Positions 1-11,331 of a stretch of DNA of 64,000 nt are shown in pieces (the stretch's first letter is position 1; every line of letters begins with the position of its first letter). The stretch lies in assembly GCA_030704615.1 (NCBI GenBank), contig CM060731.1, positions 61,008,001 through 61,072,000 on the forward strand, in the 5' to 3' direction. The position numbers and the translations under genes were made by a program. The stretch is from Takakia lepidozioides. Taxonomy: Eukaryota > Plantae > Bryophyta. The notes beneath the pieces were generated by a model. The model saw nothing but the letters and a program-made list of their open reading frames with translations, was not told the DNA's origin and ran no database searches.

Positions 1-1687
1 GATGCAACCAACCTCTTATGAGGAAACCCTACGTCAACCACTATTCCTCAACACCAACAACCCCACCCCTGCTCAGAGAGGCCTGGCTAGAAAATGGTCT
101 TCCTGGGACTTCAAAGGAATTAGGAGGGTGGCTGATATATGGAAGGACAACACCTTTGTTTCCAAAGACCACATTTCTTCCATTCTAGGGAAAATCAAAG
201 CCAACAATTCCTACGATTGCTTGATTCAGGAGACTTCAAGCCAGTGGCTGTCCAATCTCCAAGCAGGGCCCAGTGTTCCTACCACCAATTTCTGGACTCT
301 AGGCATTATACAATCAAACATAACCATCCTCTTTGTCACCAAATCCAATCCTCTTCACTACAAGGGATTTCCCTTTTTGGTCAACACTGACACTTTGAGG
401 CTCAACCTTCAAAGCAGCTACCCCATCACATTTGCCCGATTCACACACACACCCATCAGGATTTGTTGGTGGTCTTTCCCTTTACGGGAAATGGACCCCC
501 TCCCACCCCTCAACATTCCCCTGACCTCCTGGCTTGCTTCCGAGACCTTCGTATGGATATTAGGCAGGCCACTGGCGGACCTGGAGTTCGATCCAAAAGA
601 GTGGGAATGGTCATTCGCCCGCTCCAAATCTCCATTCTTGGAATATACAACCAAAAAAGCCTACAGGCCGGCACTATCAAACCCACAGCCTCTGCAATCC
701 AAATGGAATGATCGGTGGAGCCACTTCAACTTTACAAACGAAAACTGGAATTCCATATGGGCCACTATCTGGAACAAAACGAGACCGGCGAAGATTGCTG
801 CCTTCCTGTGGCAGATAGCAAACAGGGTGTTGAAAGTCAGAGAGTGGCTGGGGTGCAATGAAGCCCTCTTGTGCAGATGTTGCTCATCGGCTGTTATGGA
901 AACCCTCGAGCATTGCCTGCTGCATTGCCAAGCACCTGCTATTCTCTGGCCCATAGTAAAGAGTTTCTACAGACCCTGGAATCAATGCTCTATATCCCAA
1001 ATTCACATTCTTCTAAACTATGACCAGAGCACTACCCTGCCCGGTATTTGACAATCTTCGGAGCTCAACACTCTGGCACATTTGGAAAGCAAGATGCAAT
1101 AGAACTTACTCTGCTAAAATATCTGCCCTGCTCACCAACGTTTACCAGGACCTTCAAATTGAGGCTAGAAGGGCTTGGAAAAAACTGTGTGCAGATGTTG
1201 AAAGAGCGCCACGATAGGCAGGTGCGCTCCACAGTACCTTTACCTCGACATGGGGGAGGGATGGCATCCTATGCTACAGCTCCAGCCCAGACAGCTGCCT
1301 ATGGAATGTCCTGCCCCCGACTGCCTGGAGGGACATCCGCGGCACCGTCCACAGCATCGCCGGAGTTCGATAAAGACATAAATTGGAAGCATATCAAGCA
1401 GTCATCAAAAGTCTCAAAGCTCAGCTTTCGCTGACCACTGGGCTACTTGGTAAGTCCGCAGAAAGCGACTCACAACTGCACCCCACGTTCTTAACGGATT
1501 TGGAGGATCTTCTCAATAAGTGTAACTGATCTTTTTGCATAAGTTTGGTTTTAAGGCCGTGGGCCTTGGTAGATCGTATCATACTCGGAATGAGTGTCAA
1601 GTTCCCCCCTTCACTGACGACGGTGTGTGTGCCTTATGGTGTAATCGAGGGTTTTAATTTTTTCCCCTCTAATAATTAAAAAATAAA
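1..1687 (+). mobile_element. L1-clade LINE, 3' part (ORF2 C-terminal region, zf-RVT, 3' UTR, A-rich tail); degenerate
   Basis: ORF 2-1051 ends in zf-RVT motifs (W..IW...RPAKIAAFLWQ...CRCC...ETLEHCLLHC). It frameshifts into 1020-1373 (LWHIWKARCNR..., one internal TAG), followed by TCCCCTCT and an A-rich tail at ~1672-1687. Confidence 0.88.
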
Positions 1688-1712
1688 GCTTCAGGTCTCT
1701 GTCCCTGTTCTT

Positions 1713-1738
1713 TATATATATATATATATATATATATA
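1713..1738. repeat. (TA)n microsatellite
   Basis: Uninterrupted TA run lying between two tail-to-tail LINEs. Confidence 0.95.
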
Positions 1739-1826
1739 TGACAGGATCCGGATGGTGTTGGACCGGTATCATAAACATTTCATACTATCATCGGTGAAGA
1801 GGTGGCTCCTTCATACCATATACTGG

Positions 1827-2617
1827 TTTTCTTTTTTCTTTTTTTAAGAGGGACATTGGCCTCAAAACTTTACAGTCTGAGAGCTACATAGGGGAAGTAA
1901 GGAAAAAATAACCTTACAGAAGGCCATGAAGGATGATAAACGAGGCACTGCTCATGTAACGGTTGCCAGAGAGATGAAGGAAGCAAGAAAGGTAGAAGGT
2001 GGTAAGCAAATCGAGCAGAGAGAGTATAGAGGTAGAACAAGGTATGAGGGGAGGCAATGAGGAACTACATGCAACAAGGTAGAGATGAGCTACATGTTTC
2101 CCCTTTTGCATTTAGGCTGATCGAACGTTAACTGGGCTTTGGATTACCCTCTCTTTAAGCTACGTCGGTGACGCAAATTGACTTCCGGCTCCTCACCATC
2201 GTCTCCTCACCATCCAGAGGAGATAGTCTGTTACTGATTGAACTTCCAACATGCAGGAATGGGGTCGTTCCATTCAATTCTCTTGTCTGAATGCCTCCTA
2301 CAGAGGATTCCCCCTTTCCCCCAAGTATTGTCAAAACAAGTGAGCAGTTGGGTGCCTCTCATGCCACCGCATCCGTGTAAAGCTGCAGAGAGTTAACGCC
2401 AAGCTTTCCTAGCCTCAGACATTAAGTCTGAATGAACCCTAAAAAGAACGTTCTTCAAGCAAGGCCTAAAATTATCAAAAAGAAAAGAGCATCTACTCTT
2501 CCAAATATGCCAAAGAATAAGTTCTCTAAGAGATTCCCACACCGAGCATGATTGCCATATGGCCCCATTATGAATATTAAGAATATGGGCCCACCCCCGA
2601 AATGGGGCATTAGCCAT
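1827..2617 (-). mobile_element. 5'-truncated L1-clade LINE 3' end
   Basis: Minus ORF 2393-2617 (VWESLRELILWHIWKSRC...EARKAW) is homologous to the C-terminus of the LINEs at 1 and 23176. T-tract at 1827-1845 is the poly(A) tail, preceded on the minus strand by TCCCCTCTT. Confidence 0.82.
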
Positions 2618-2655
2618 GAGGCGAAGTGGCTCTTAGTTACGTCGGCTTCGGCTGG

Positions 2656-2657
<2 letters not shown>

Positions 2658-2708
<51 letters not shown>
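2658..2708. repeat. (TC)n microsatellite
   Basis: About 25 uninterrupted TC units. Confidence 0.95.
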
Positions 2709-2709
<1 letters not shown>

Positions 2710-2710
2710 A

Positions 2711-2890
2711 AGACAACCATCATGTAGCCCAGTGGTAATGGGCACATACCACATTGGATGTGGTTGTGGGTTCAAACCACCGTTTGGTGTGTCATGAAAG
2801 TGTCCACCTTCCTGCTGGAAGGCAATAGCCCTTCGGGGTCAAGTGACACCATAAGTTACGCTCTCTTCGGGAGGCATCATACTTTCTTTC
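2711..2890 (+). mobile_element. tRNA-derived SINE or tRNA pseudogene head (3' boundary uncertain)
   Basis: Pol III A box TAGCCCAGTGG (2725-2735) with a D-stem GCCC/GGGC. B box GGTTCAAACC (2769-2778) in a GTGG/CCAC T-arm. No clean anticodon or acceptor stem. Confidence 0.6.
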
Positions 2891-4393
2891 TCTAAATATT
2901 GACAAGCAAAGTAGGGATGGAGATGTCATGGTTTTAGTCATGGTTATCTAGAATTACCTACTTCTAGTTAACTAGGATATTTTAGATATTTATATTTATA
3001 TTTTGTGTGTTGGGACTTCATCGGGTCTCACATGCCAAGTGAGGTGTCGAGCCTCACTTGGGACATGAGGATAGGTTTTCCCCCTGTGAGGATGGAGGAG
3101 GCTCATCTTCTTGTAGTTGAGCCTCCATGAGCCTCTCCCACCTCCATAGCTCTAGGTATTGAGAGAGAGTATGGTGAGGGCTTTATAGGGTAGCAAAGGT
3201 GCCCTTGGCTTGATTTAGTTTATGTGATTGAGTGGATTCATGAGTGGAGTGTTTCCATTGTGTGTTCTCTTCCATTATCACTACAAGAAGATCACTTTAT
3301 GCTTGTGAGTGCGGAGTGTAAGGATTAGTTTTGCACTTGTATGTTAAAGAGATTGAGAGCTAGGAGAATTTAGCTCTTGTATCACAAGGCTTGCAAGGGG
3401 ATGCAAGGAAAGGTGCTCGAGTGTTGCATGCACCAAGGAGTTGGAGAGCTTCAGAAGAAAGCTCTTGAGTCACAAGATTTTGCAAGGATTGCAAAGAGGA
3501 AGTCTTGTGTGTGTGGAAGCATGGATTCTAGGGTTTGAGAATCATTTGTATGCATTATGGAGTCAATGGTGTGCGCCATGGCTTGTGGAGAGTGACTAAA
3601 GGCTTGTTAGTGCTCATTTCACTATCAAGCTAGGGTTAAGCAAGTTCAAAGTGTGGATGTTGTGGAGAAGAAGCCAAGGAGCTACATAGGCTTAGGCTTG
3701 AAGACAACATTGAAAGTAACCAGTTGGAGAGCATCAAGAAGCTCAAGATGACTCCAAAGGGAAGCATGTGGGTGAGAATTTTATCTATGATGATGTGAAA
3801 CCAAGCCTAGAGTATTACAGAGCTTGGAGCACATGTGGGAGATCGTTGGAGGTGGTCTTCATGAAGAAATGAGATTGTGGCTCACAGCGTGCATAACAAC
3901 TTCAACCATACATTAGCATGTGACAAGACAAGGAAGGGGAAGGTGAAGCTCATGTATTTATTCCCTTTTTGCTTAAGTTTTGTGGTGGATGGTTGATCAA
4001 GCAAGTGATGCTTATGTAGAGCATGCTCTTTAGGGCTTCTGACTTCAAGTTTGAGAAGATGAGCTCTTGAATAGAGGTGTGGATACACATTATGATGAAT
4101 GAAAACAACACCTAGGTCAAGAGGTGGAAGTGTGTGTGACTAGCCCATGCAAAGGAAAGCACATGGAAGATGACATACAAAATTCAAATTCAAGCAAGGC
4201 TTGACGCTTGTCATTGGGCACATTAGCTTGCTATGAGTTCCAAGGAGATCAAGAGGAACTCGTCAATTTGGGATGAATGCATTGCAAAGTAAGATAATGC
4301 AATCTTGCATGCATATTAGGGGGGAAAATACCATGAAAAAGGTGTTTCTTACTATACTCTACAAACCCTAGTCTCCATACTCTTCAAGAAACT

Positions 4394-4612
4394 GTGTATG
4401 GGCTCCCTCTGCCCATCATACACTTTTGTGAACAAAGTAGGAACCCCTCTGCCCAACATACACTTTTGTGAACAGTGTATGGGTCCCCTCTGCCAAACAT
4501 ACGTTTTTATGAAAAGAGTATGGGCTCACTCTGCCCCACCATACACGTTTGTGAACAGTGTATGGATACACGTGGAGAGACTTTGCCTACCATACGTTTT
4601 CATTAAAAGTGT
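4394..4612. repeat. Degenerate ~40-bp minisatellite (TGTATGGG..CCCTCTGCC...CATACAC.TTTGTGAACA), ~5 units
   Basis: Units visible by eye in the leader upstream of the gag ORF. Confidence 0.75.
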
Positions 4613-4629
4613 ATACATCTAGGGTGTAT

Positions 4630-4955
4630 CTGGAGGAGTATTGTCTTTGGAGGATCTTTGGGGGGTCCTTTGAGGAGCTTTTGTAAGACACTTGAAGAGC
4701 TCTTGAAGGGGTGTTTGGAGGACTATTGGGGGTCCTTGAAGACCAATATTTGGCAAATATTTGGAGCCTTAGGAAGGCTGTTTGGAGGACTATTTTGGGG
4801 TCCTTGGAGGCTAATATTTGGCGAGCTTAAGGAGTCTTTGGTGACTTGTCTGAAGGATTTTTTGGGGTCCTTGAGGGCCAAGATTTGGCAGGCTTTGGGG
4901 GCCTTAGTGAGATTGTTTGAGAGACATCTTGAGGGCTCTTGGAGAGTTATTTGAG
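4630..4955. repeat. Degenerate G/T-rich tandem repeat (GGAGGA.TATTTTGGGGTCCTTG...)
   Basis: Recurrent GGGGTCCTTG and TTGGAGG motifs. Explains the low-complexity ORF 4658-4954. Confidence 0.65.
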
Positions 4956-5576
4956 AGACCCTGAAAGGTAGTTCTGTCTGTTGGTCATGAGCAAGAGCGT
5001 TTAGAGATAGGGGAGACTAGTGGGATGAGAGCATTATGGGATTATGAATTGCTTTGGTTTCTCTTCTCCATAGTCTTCCACCCTCTATGTAGGCCAAAAC
5101 CTTTCCGTAGGTGGAGACAAAAGTCGGGTTTGGGCTGGGGTGTCCTTGCAGGAGCGACATTGTGGAGTGTTTTTTTTTGTGTGGGGGAGTTACTGTCTTG
5201 ATTTTCTTGTGTTTGGATCCCCCCCCACATCTGCATGCTTGACTGTGCGCCATGTTAGTTTTGTGTGGGCGCTTGTTTTCATAGGAGGTTGGTTCGGATT
5301 TGATCACCAACCAATCCTAGAGCGTGCTGTCGATGGTGAGGCTGGGGTGATGACCAGTCAGACCATCATTGTTTCTCTTATGGTGAGGCTAGGTTGATGA
5401 CCAGCAGACCATATGAGTGCTTGCGGTGGATGCAGGTGCAGGTGTAGGTTTATGTTACGAACGTAGTACTAGTCTAAGCCATAGGCCGCAACAAGTTCTC
5501 TACCCAGTTACCTTATAGAAAGTGGGGATTAAAGACAAGTTGACAACCGGTTGGGTTGTGAGTTTTCATCACGGAG

Positions 5577-8019
5577 GTGCCACCAATTGCTGAGGAGAAT
5601 GCCGGTACGAGCACCAGTGATACTAGTGGGTACACAAGAGGAGGTGTGTGGTTTATGCCACCTTCACCTTCAGTGTCTTCTAAGGAAGGTTCAGACTTGG
5701 AATCAGCAGGATTCTCGCTGAGAGTGCAAGTCATTTCCGTGCCATTGTTGTGGGACACGATGGAGGAGATGTATGGAGCTACCAAGGGGCCACGTAGGTT
5801 CTCTGGAGCTGTGGGCATCATCGAGCTTGATGACTTAATACAAGAGTTTGACAGTTGGTGTGATTTGCAGCAAATGCGCAATCCACAACTGTTTACGCCC
5901 TTTATGGCGTGGAAGGGGCTATTCCAGCACATTGAAGGGCCGCCCATAGATGATTACCATGAATTTAGGCGGGGACATGCGGTGAAGCTTGAGGAGTGGC
6001 GAGAGTATTGGTCACCTAATTATGTCTCCATCACTAGAGGCACAAGGGCAGCGGCGACACCAACAGCTACACAAACATCTCCAACTACAAGCACTAGTAG
6101 TGGGACTAGTGGTACAGGAGCTGGGAAATCCACTCAAGCTCCTGTTGCAGCACCAGCACCCGTGCCTGCCTTTAACCCAGTTGTGGAATTCTTCGAGGAA
6201 TTGAGGAGAAATTACCAAGAGATAAGGACAGAGAAGTTGCGGAGCTTGCAAAAGTTCCAACGAAGATCTACTGAGAGTTTGAGGGAGGCTTACACTCGCA
6301 TGAGATGCTTGATAAACGTAACCCAAGGGATTACAGAAGCTCAGGCCGTCCAGTTCTGGTATGGGATCCTGGACAAGGAGCTGAGGAGAAGGGTGCGGGA
6401 TGCAACTCTCCTACAAGTAGCCCAACCCACCTTAACAAATGTGTTTTTGCTGGCATAGTGGATAGAACTCAATATGGTGGAAGAGCGGGTGGTTATGGTG
6501 GGATTTGGCAAGGAGACATAACGAAGTAGAGTTCCTAGCCAACAACAACCAACTCCCCAACGTGCTCAAGGCAACAATGGGGCTCAGATGAAGCCTAGGG
6601 AAGGCCGTAGAGGATCTCAGATTCAAATATCTCTCCTTTCATTCTCAGGCCAACAACAGATGAGTGTGTCATGTTGGGATTGTGAAGGACCCCATGTCAA
6701 GAAGGATTGCCCGGAGAGAGGCAAAGGGCTGGCACAGGCACAGACACAGACACAGCCTACACAACTACAGTGTGGGCATTGTGGAAAGTGTGGGCATGAG
6801 GAGGCCCATTGTTATGGCTTGCATCTTGAGCTACGGCCAGGCCAGTTCCAAGGGAACAATGGTGGCCGAGGACAAGACAATGTAGTCCAGAGAGGTAGAT
6901 GAGGCAGAGGTCGGCGTGGAGGACGTAACCAAAACCAAGGAGCACAGGGTCAGGGTCAAGGTCATGACCAAGGCATGTTGGATAGACTTGCCCAGCTAGA
7001 GCAATGTCTTCCTGCCAGGGCCACTACTCATGTTGCGCCAGCTCCAAGGCTTGACGTTCAAGCCCCACCTACACAACCTCTTATGCCTAGGGAAGACCAG
7101 ATTGGTATGGGTTTCATGTGTAGAGCCGCACTTGTAGGACCATTGCATGTGGACTCTGCAGCTGCTGTCACTCGAGCAACAACGCGTGCTCTTGAGCCAA
7201 GAGGAGCGGATGTGGATTTTGATCCACAAAGAGGGAAGCAAGTCAGCAGACAAGGCTTCCACAGTCTTTCACATTGGCTGAGACAATGCCAACTATGCCA
7301 TCTATGGTACCCGCTCGCCCAAGTGTGTCAGAGGTAGAGCCACGAGTGCCATTGGGGAGAGTTGGTATGGCTCGGGAAATGCCAGTGGGTGGTGCTGCAA
7401 AGCAAGGTGCAACCAGTACATTGTTGGGGGCGGCTACGGCGGTTTCCCAAGCTCCATTGTTTTCTACCACGACAATTGCAATGTCGGGGATGCGGCCAGC
7501 TGCAGTGTTTAGACTAGCAGCTGCACTCTGTGAGAGTGGTGATGCATCAGCACTATCTGCGGGGATAGCGGATCAGGTGCAATGCATGGATGCCTTGGAT
7601 TCAAGGGTGAAGACAGCCACAGCTGCGCCATGGCAAACGGTAGCTGCAAGGTTGCAGGAGTTGCCAGCTAGACCAGCCATTGAGCGTAGTATGATGACTC
7701 CTGGAGTAGTCCTGGTGGACAATCAGGATGGTGTGTTTCAGTTGGGTGGCCCAGCCGGGAGGAGGTATAGGCCACTGTGGGTCTTGTTGGACTCGGGAAC
7801 ACAACCATTGATGTTGGGGAGAGCAGCAATTGCAGGATTGGGCCTTACAGAGGCGGATTTGGAGCCTTGTCCTTTCCAAATTCAAACATCTTTGGGCGGT
7901 TCAGAGAAGACACGAGGGATTACACGCCATGAGCTCTTCATTCGATTGCAGCCACATCATCCTACAGATGGCTCTATCATGAGAGCTGAAGCCATTGTTA
8001 CGGACGCGATGTCTCATGA
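5577..8019 (+). pseudogene. LTR-retrotransposon gag-protease remnant (probably Ty3/gypsy), cut off by the CACTA left end
   Basis: Capsid-like ORF (FQRRSTESLREAYTRMRCL...FWYGILDKELRRRV). Two CX2CX4HX4C knuckles (CWDCEGPHVKKDC, CGHCGKCGHEEAHC). Aspartic protease motif VLLDSGTQP. Internal stops and frameshifts; no RT follows. Confidence 0.8.
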
Positions 8020-10173
8020 CACTAGAAGCATTCGTGTCATTTACCACTGGGTATTGACTCATTTTGAGTCGTAAAAGTCAAAAAATAGGGATCGACTGGA
8101 AGTTACAACAGACCAGTTACAACAGACGTGGTAGTTGGGTTGGACATCCAATGATTGGAGTGGTAAAGGACGTAGATGCGCGAACAACTGCTCAGCGATT
8201 AATGCGATTAATGCTGAAGAACCACGTGGCGTAACCAGGCGGGCCGCCCGTGTGTCTGATGTTTTGAGCTGACTTTGACTTTTCCCTCCGGATGAGTGGA
8301 CTGACTCACCCGGGGCGCGGTGACACATGGACGCGGATGTGGATGCGGACGTGGATGCCGATGTGGCGGCGCCGCGACGAGCGGTAATGCCGCCGCGTGG
8401 CCACGGGCTCAAGACGCCACATCGCAGTCGGCCACATAACTTGGAGTGCTGCATGTCACGTGGCAACAGCCACTGGCGAAGTCGACTGCACAACTGCCGG
8501 CAGACGAATCCACGGGGACCACGTGGAGAGTGTGTGGGTCGACGCGTGGCGTCGTCCCCACGCAATGGCAGTGAGGGGTACGACTGCTAGTAGAAAGACG
8601 CAGAGTGCTTGTGCCATCTCGGGACTGCTTTGGCCAACTCCGCTGCCACTATGCTAGTTGGTTGCACTACAGTAGGAAAGCACTGCAAATGAGCACTTGT
8701 AGTGGTTTGTGTGAGTTGTCCAACTGACTTGCATTCTAAGCTGAAAATATGGTTCTGATGCATTCTACTGGTTTTAGTGGTTCACCCATATGCAGGGGGA
8801 ATTGAGAAGCAATGATACTGGGCGACACTCAGAACACAGACCACGATGCATGCACAACATCACGCTAATGAACCAAATAGACGAGGCAACAGGGAGACCA
8901 AAGACCATCACACATACACATAGAAGGTGGACGGACACGACGACAAGTCAGGAAATGGAATATTGCATTCAAATTGGAGACCGTCACGGCACACCTGCAT
9001 ATGAGCAAGACTAAATGCCAAATACATGGTTGCCGGACATCACTTAAACTGTCATGGCCCAAATGTACAAAACTGGTAACGTGAGTATCATACACACTTC
9101 TATGAGTATCATTACACACCCAACAGGGACTACAAACATGAAATGTCACTTGATACCTTCACCCCTCCTCATACTCTTCTCTGGCCACAGAGTCACCGTG
9201 CCTTTCACGTGCGCTAGTGTGGTCTGGGGGGGGCATCGTCCACATTTGGGCAAGGCAGTGTAACACTTGGAAGCATGATCTCGTGGACTTTCACCTTGTA
9301 CCACCCGGATGGAATGTCCTTGCAGTGGAACTTGTCAACCCCGGCTATTCCCACCACTTCCGCCTTGGCGGCGGCTGTCTTTGACCGCTTGTCATGGGGG
9401 TTCAGGAGAAACACAGGATCTGATATCTGCAGACACCAACATCAGGGTCCACTCAGCAACAAACATAGCAATGACAGGGTGAAAGTCAAGCGCAGCTGGG
9501 CATGGAAACGATCTTGGTTGCCACAATACTGAATCAGCAGCAAATTCATGGTGTACCAACCTACCTTGAAGCGAAGCTCGTCGCTGAGGGTGGCAACTGA
9601 GGAAAGCTGCCCACGTGTCTTCAACTGCAGCAGCAAAAAGAGGTTTAGTCAGACGGATAAGAATAACATGAACTCTGGTGGTTGCAATGGTATAAACACA
9701 CCTCCACGGAGCAAGCTAACTTACACCCTGCTCAGACCGTGCACACTACAACCTCCTGGCAAAAATAACCCTACTAAAAACCAGCCAGGCAAAGCAAGGA
9801 GCCATGAATGCATGCCTGGGGAACCACGTCCTGCTGCGATGATGGTGCCGGGGACAGCCCACTCCTCTTGCTCACCTGCAATGAATACACATTGCAACGC
9901 TTCAGGAAGTGTATCCATAAAGGAAACCAACCAAGTAAGTTTGCGGAGAGGGGCTGGGAACAACCATACCTTGGAGCCTGCCTCCTCATGCCGGGGGGGG
10001 AATCCGGAATGCTGCCGCCGTAGCACTATGGTCCTTGGCGCAGGACCCACCTTCTTCACATACGACCCCACTGCCACTCCCTGTACATGTGGTCCCTGCA
10101 AAACATATAGTGCCAGCCTTGCGTGAGAGGGCATCCGGGGGGAACAAAACAAACATATCTTTTGGGTTCGATG

Positions 10174-11331
10174 TCATGTTGCAAACAGTAAGGTTAGTTT
10201 CACCTGCATGGGCGCAGAAGTACTTCCCCCAACGACCCCATCCTCTCCCACATTCAAGCTGCCAGTCGGGGTCAGCTTCCGCGTGCTTGTGAAGACACGC
10301 ACATCCTTGGAGCAAAACAAATCTTGGCAGTAGGGCCAGACTGTTTCTAAAAGGTACTCTGAATCGGGCCCCTCACTGACATTGCTAGTGACATCAAACG
10401 ACAATGGATGGACCATGTTCAAAGGGGAGTTCCCCCTCCCCTTGTGTGGTGAATCATCCACTAGGAGGGTGTTGGATTCGTTAAATCCAGAAAATTCCGA
10501 CCACACCCTCGACAGTCTCTTCTGTAAGTTCTGTACGGCAGGCCCTTTTGTGGGGTGTGGCTCTGTCAAGGGGTCACACTCCTCTTGTGACCACACAAAG
10601 AGGGGAGAACCCTTGACCCCCTGCATCACCACTTTGAAGATGTCTGCAACATTCCCCTTGGAAGCACAGGACCATATCCCAACGTAGAAATGCCGGAAGA
10701 GAAGGTTTAAAAACTCGCAGACCTGGGGCCTTGGGAAAACATACTTGTTGGTGGTCAACACCCATGGCCAATGACGCCTCGGGTTGGGCTGAAAGTTAGG
10801 AATAGAGTGGCACAGGATCCCGTTCAGGTCTAGAACAATTAGTTTCGACTTTTCTATGAAAGGAGCTTTTGAAGGGGTGTCACGGGGTCTCACCTCAGTG
10901 GGTTGGGAGACAACAGTCACCCCGGAGGGCAAAGTTTCGGTCCCCCTGCAGCCTGGACCAGGCAAACTACCACCCTCTCCCCCTACAGCTTCCCCTTTTC
11001 CCTTGATAGAATGAGCAATGACCCCCCCATCGTCCATGTCATCCCCACCAACTCGCTGGACCTCTCCCTCTTCAACGAGTGGACCCTGCCCCCCACTGTG
11101 AATATCATCAACAACAGGCTGGACCTCTGTCACATCCCTACCCACTACAATTACTTCCTCCTTCTCAGGTACAATGGTCGCAGCAGGGGGGTCTTCCATA
11201 ATGCCACCCGTCACACCCCCTTTTTGCCTCATCATGAGTTCCACTATCTTCTTCAGTTGTGCTTCCATTCCCCTCTCCCGCTCCGCAGAGAGAGCCGCAA
11301 GCCTCTCCAGGGCCCCGATGCGGGCTGCCAT
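10174..11331 (-). CDS. FCP1-homology / NIF-family HAD phosphatase-like exon inside the CACTA
   Basis: Uninterrupted 385-codon frame with KLIVLDLNGILCH, RPQVCEFL...FYVGIWSCA, KRLSRVW and NTLLVDDSPHKGRGN, matching HAD motifs I-IV of NIF proteins (DLNG variant). Confidence 0.8.
   Translation of the reverse strand: MAARIGALERLAALSAERERGMEAQLKKIVELMMRQKGGVTGGIMEDPPAATIVPEKEEVIVVGRDVTEVQPVVDDIHSGGQGPLVEEGEVQRVGGDDMDDGGVIAHSIKGKGEAVGGEGGSLPGPGCRGTETLPSGVTVVSQPTEVRPRDTPSKAPFIEKSKLIVLDLNGILCHSIPNFQPNPRRHWPWVLTTNKYVFPRPQVCEFLNLLFRHFYVGIWSCASKGNVADIFKVVMQGVKGSPLFVWSQEECDPLTEPHPTKGPAVQNLQKRLSRVWSEFSGFNESNTLLVDDSPHKGRGNSPLNMVHPLSFDVTSNVSEGPDSEYLLETVWPYCQDLFCSKDVRVFTSTRKLTPTGSLNVGEDGVVGGSTSAPMQVKLTLLFAT

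Noticed and set aside
2924-5576. 5' LTR and PBS for the gag-protease element
   Set aside because: Starts with TGTCATGG and looks LTR-like, but there is no second LTR, convincing PBS or TSD in the window to fix boundaries.
8059-8657. Overlapping GC-rich ORFs at the CACTA left end
   Set aside because: Products of subterminal short repeats (e.g. GGATGTGGA.GC units) with no protein motif.
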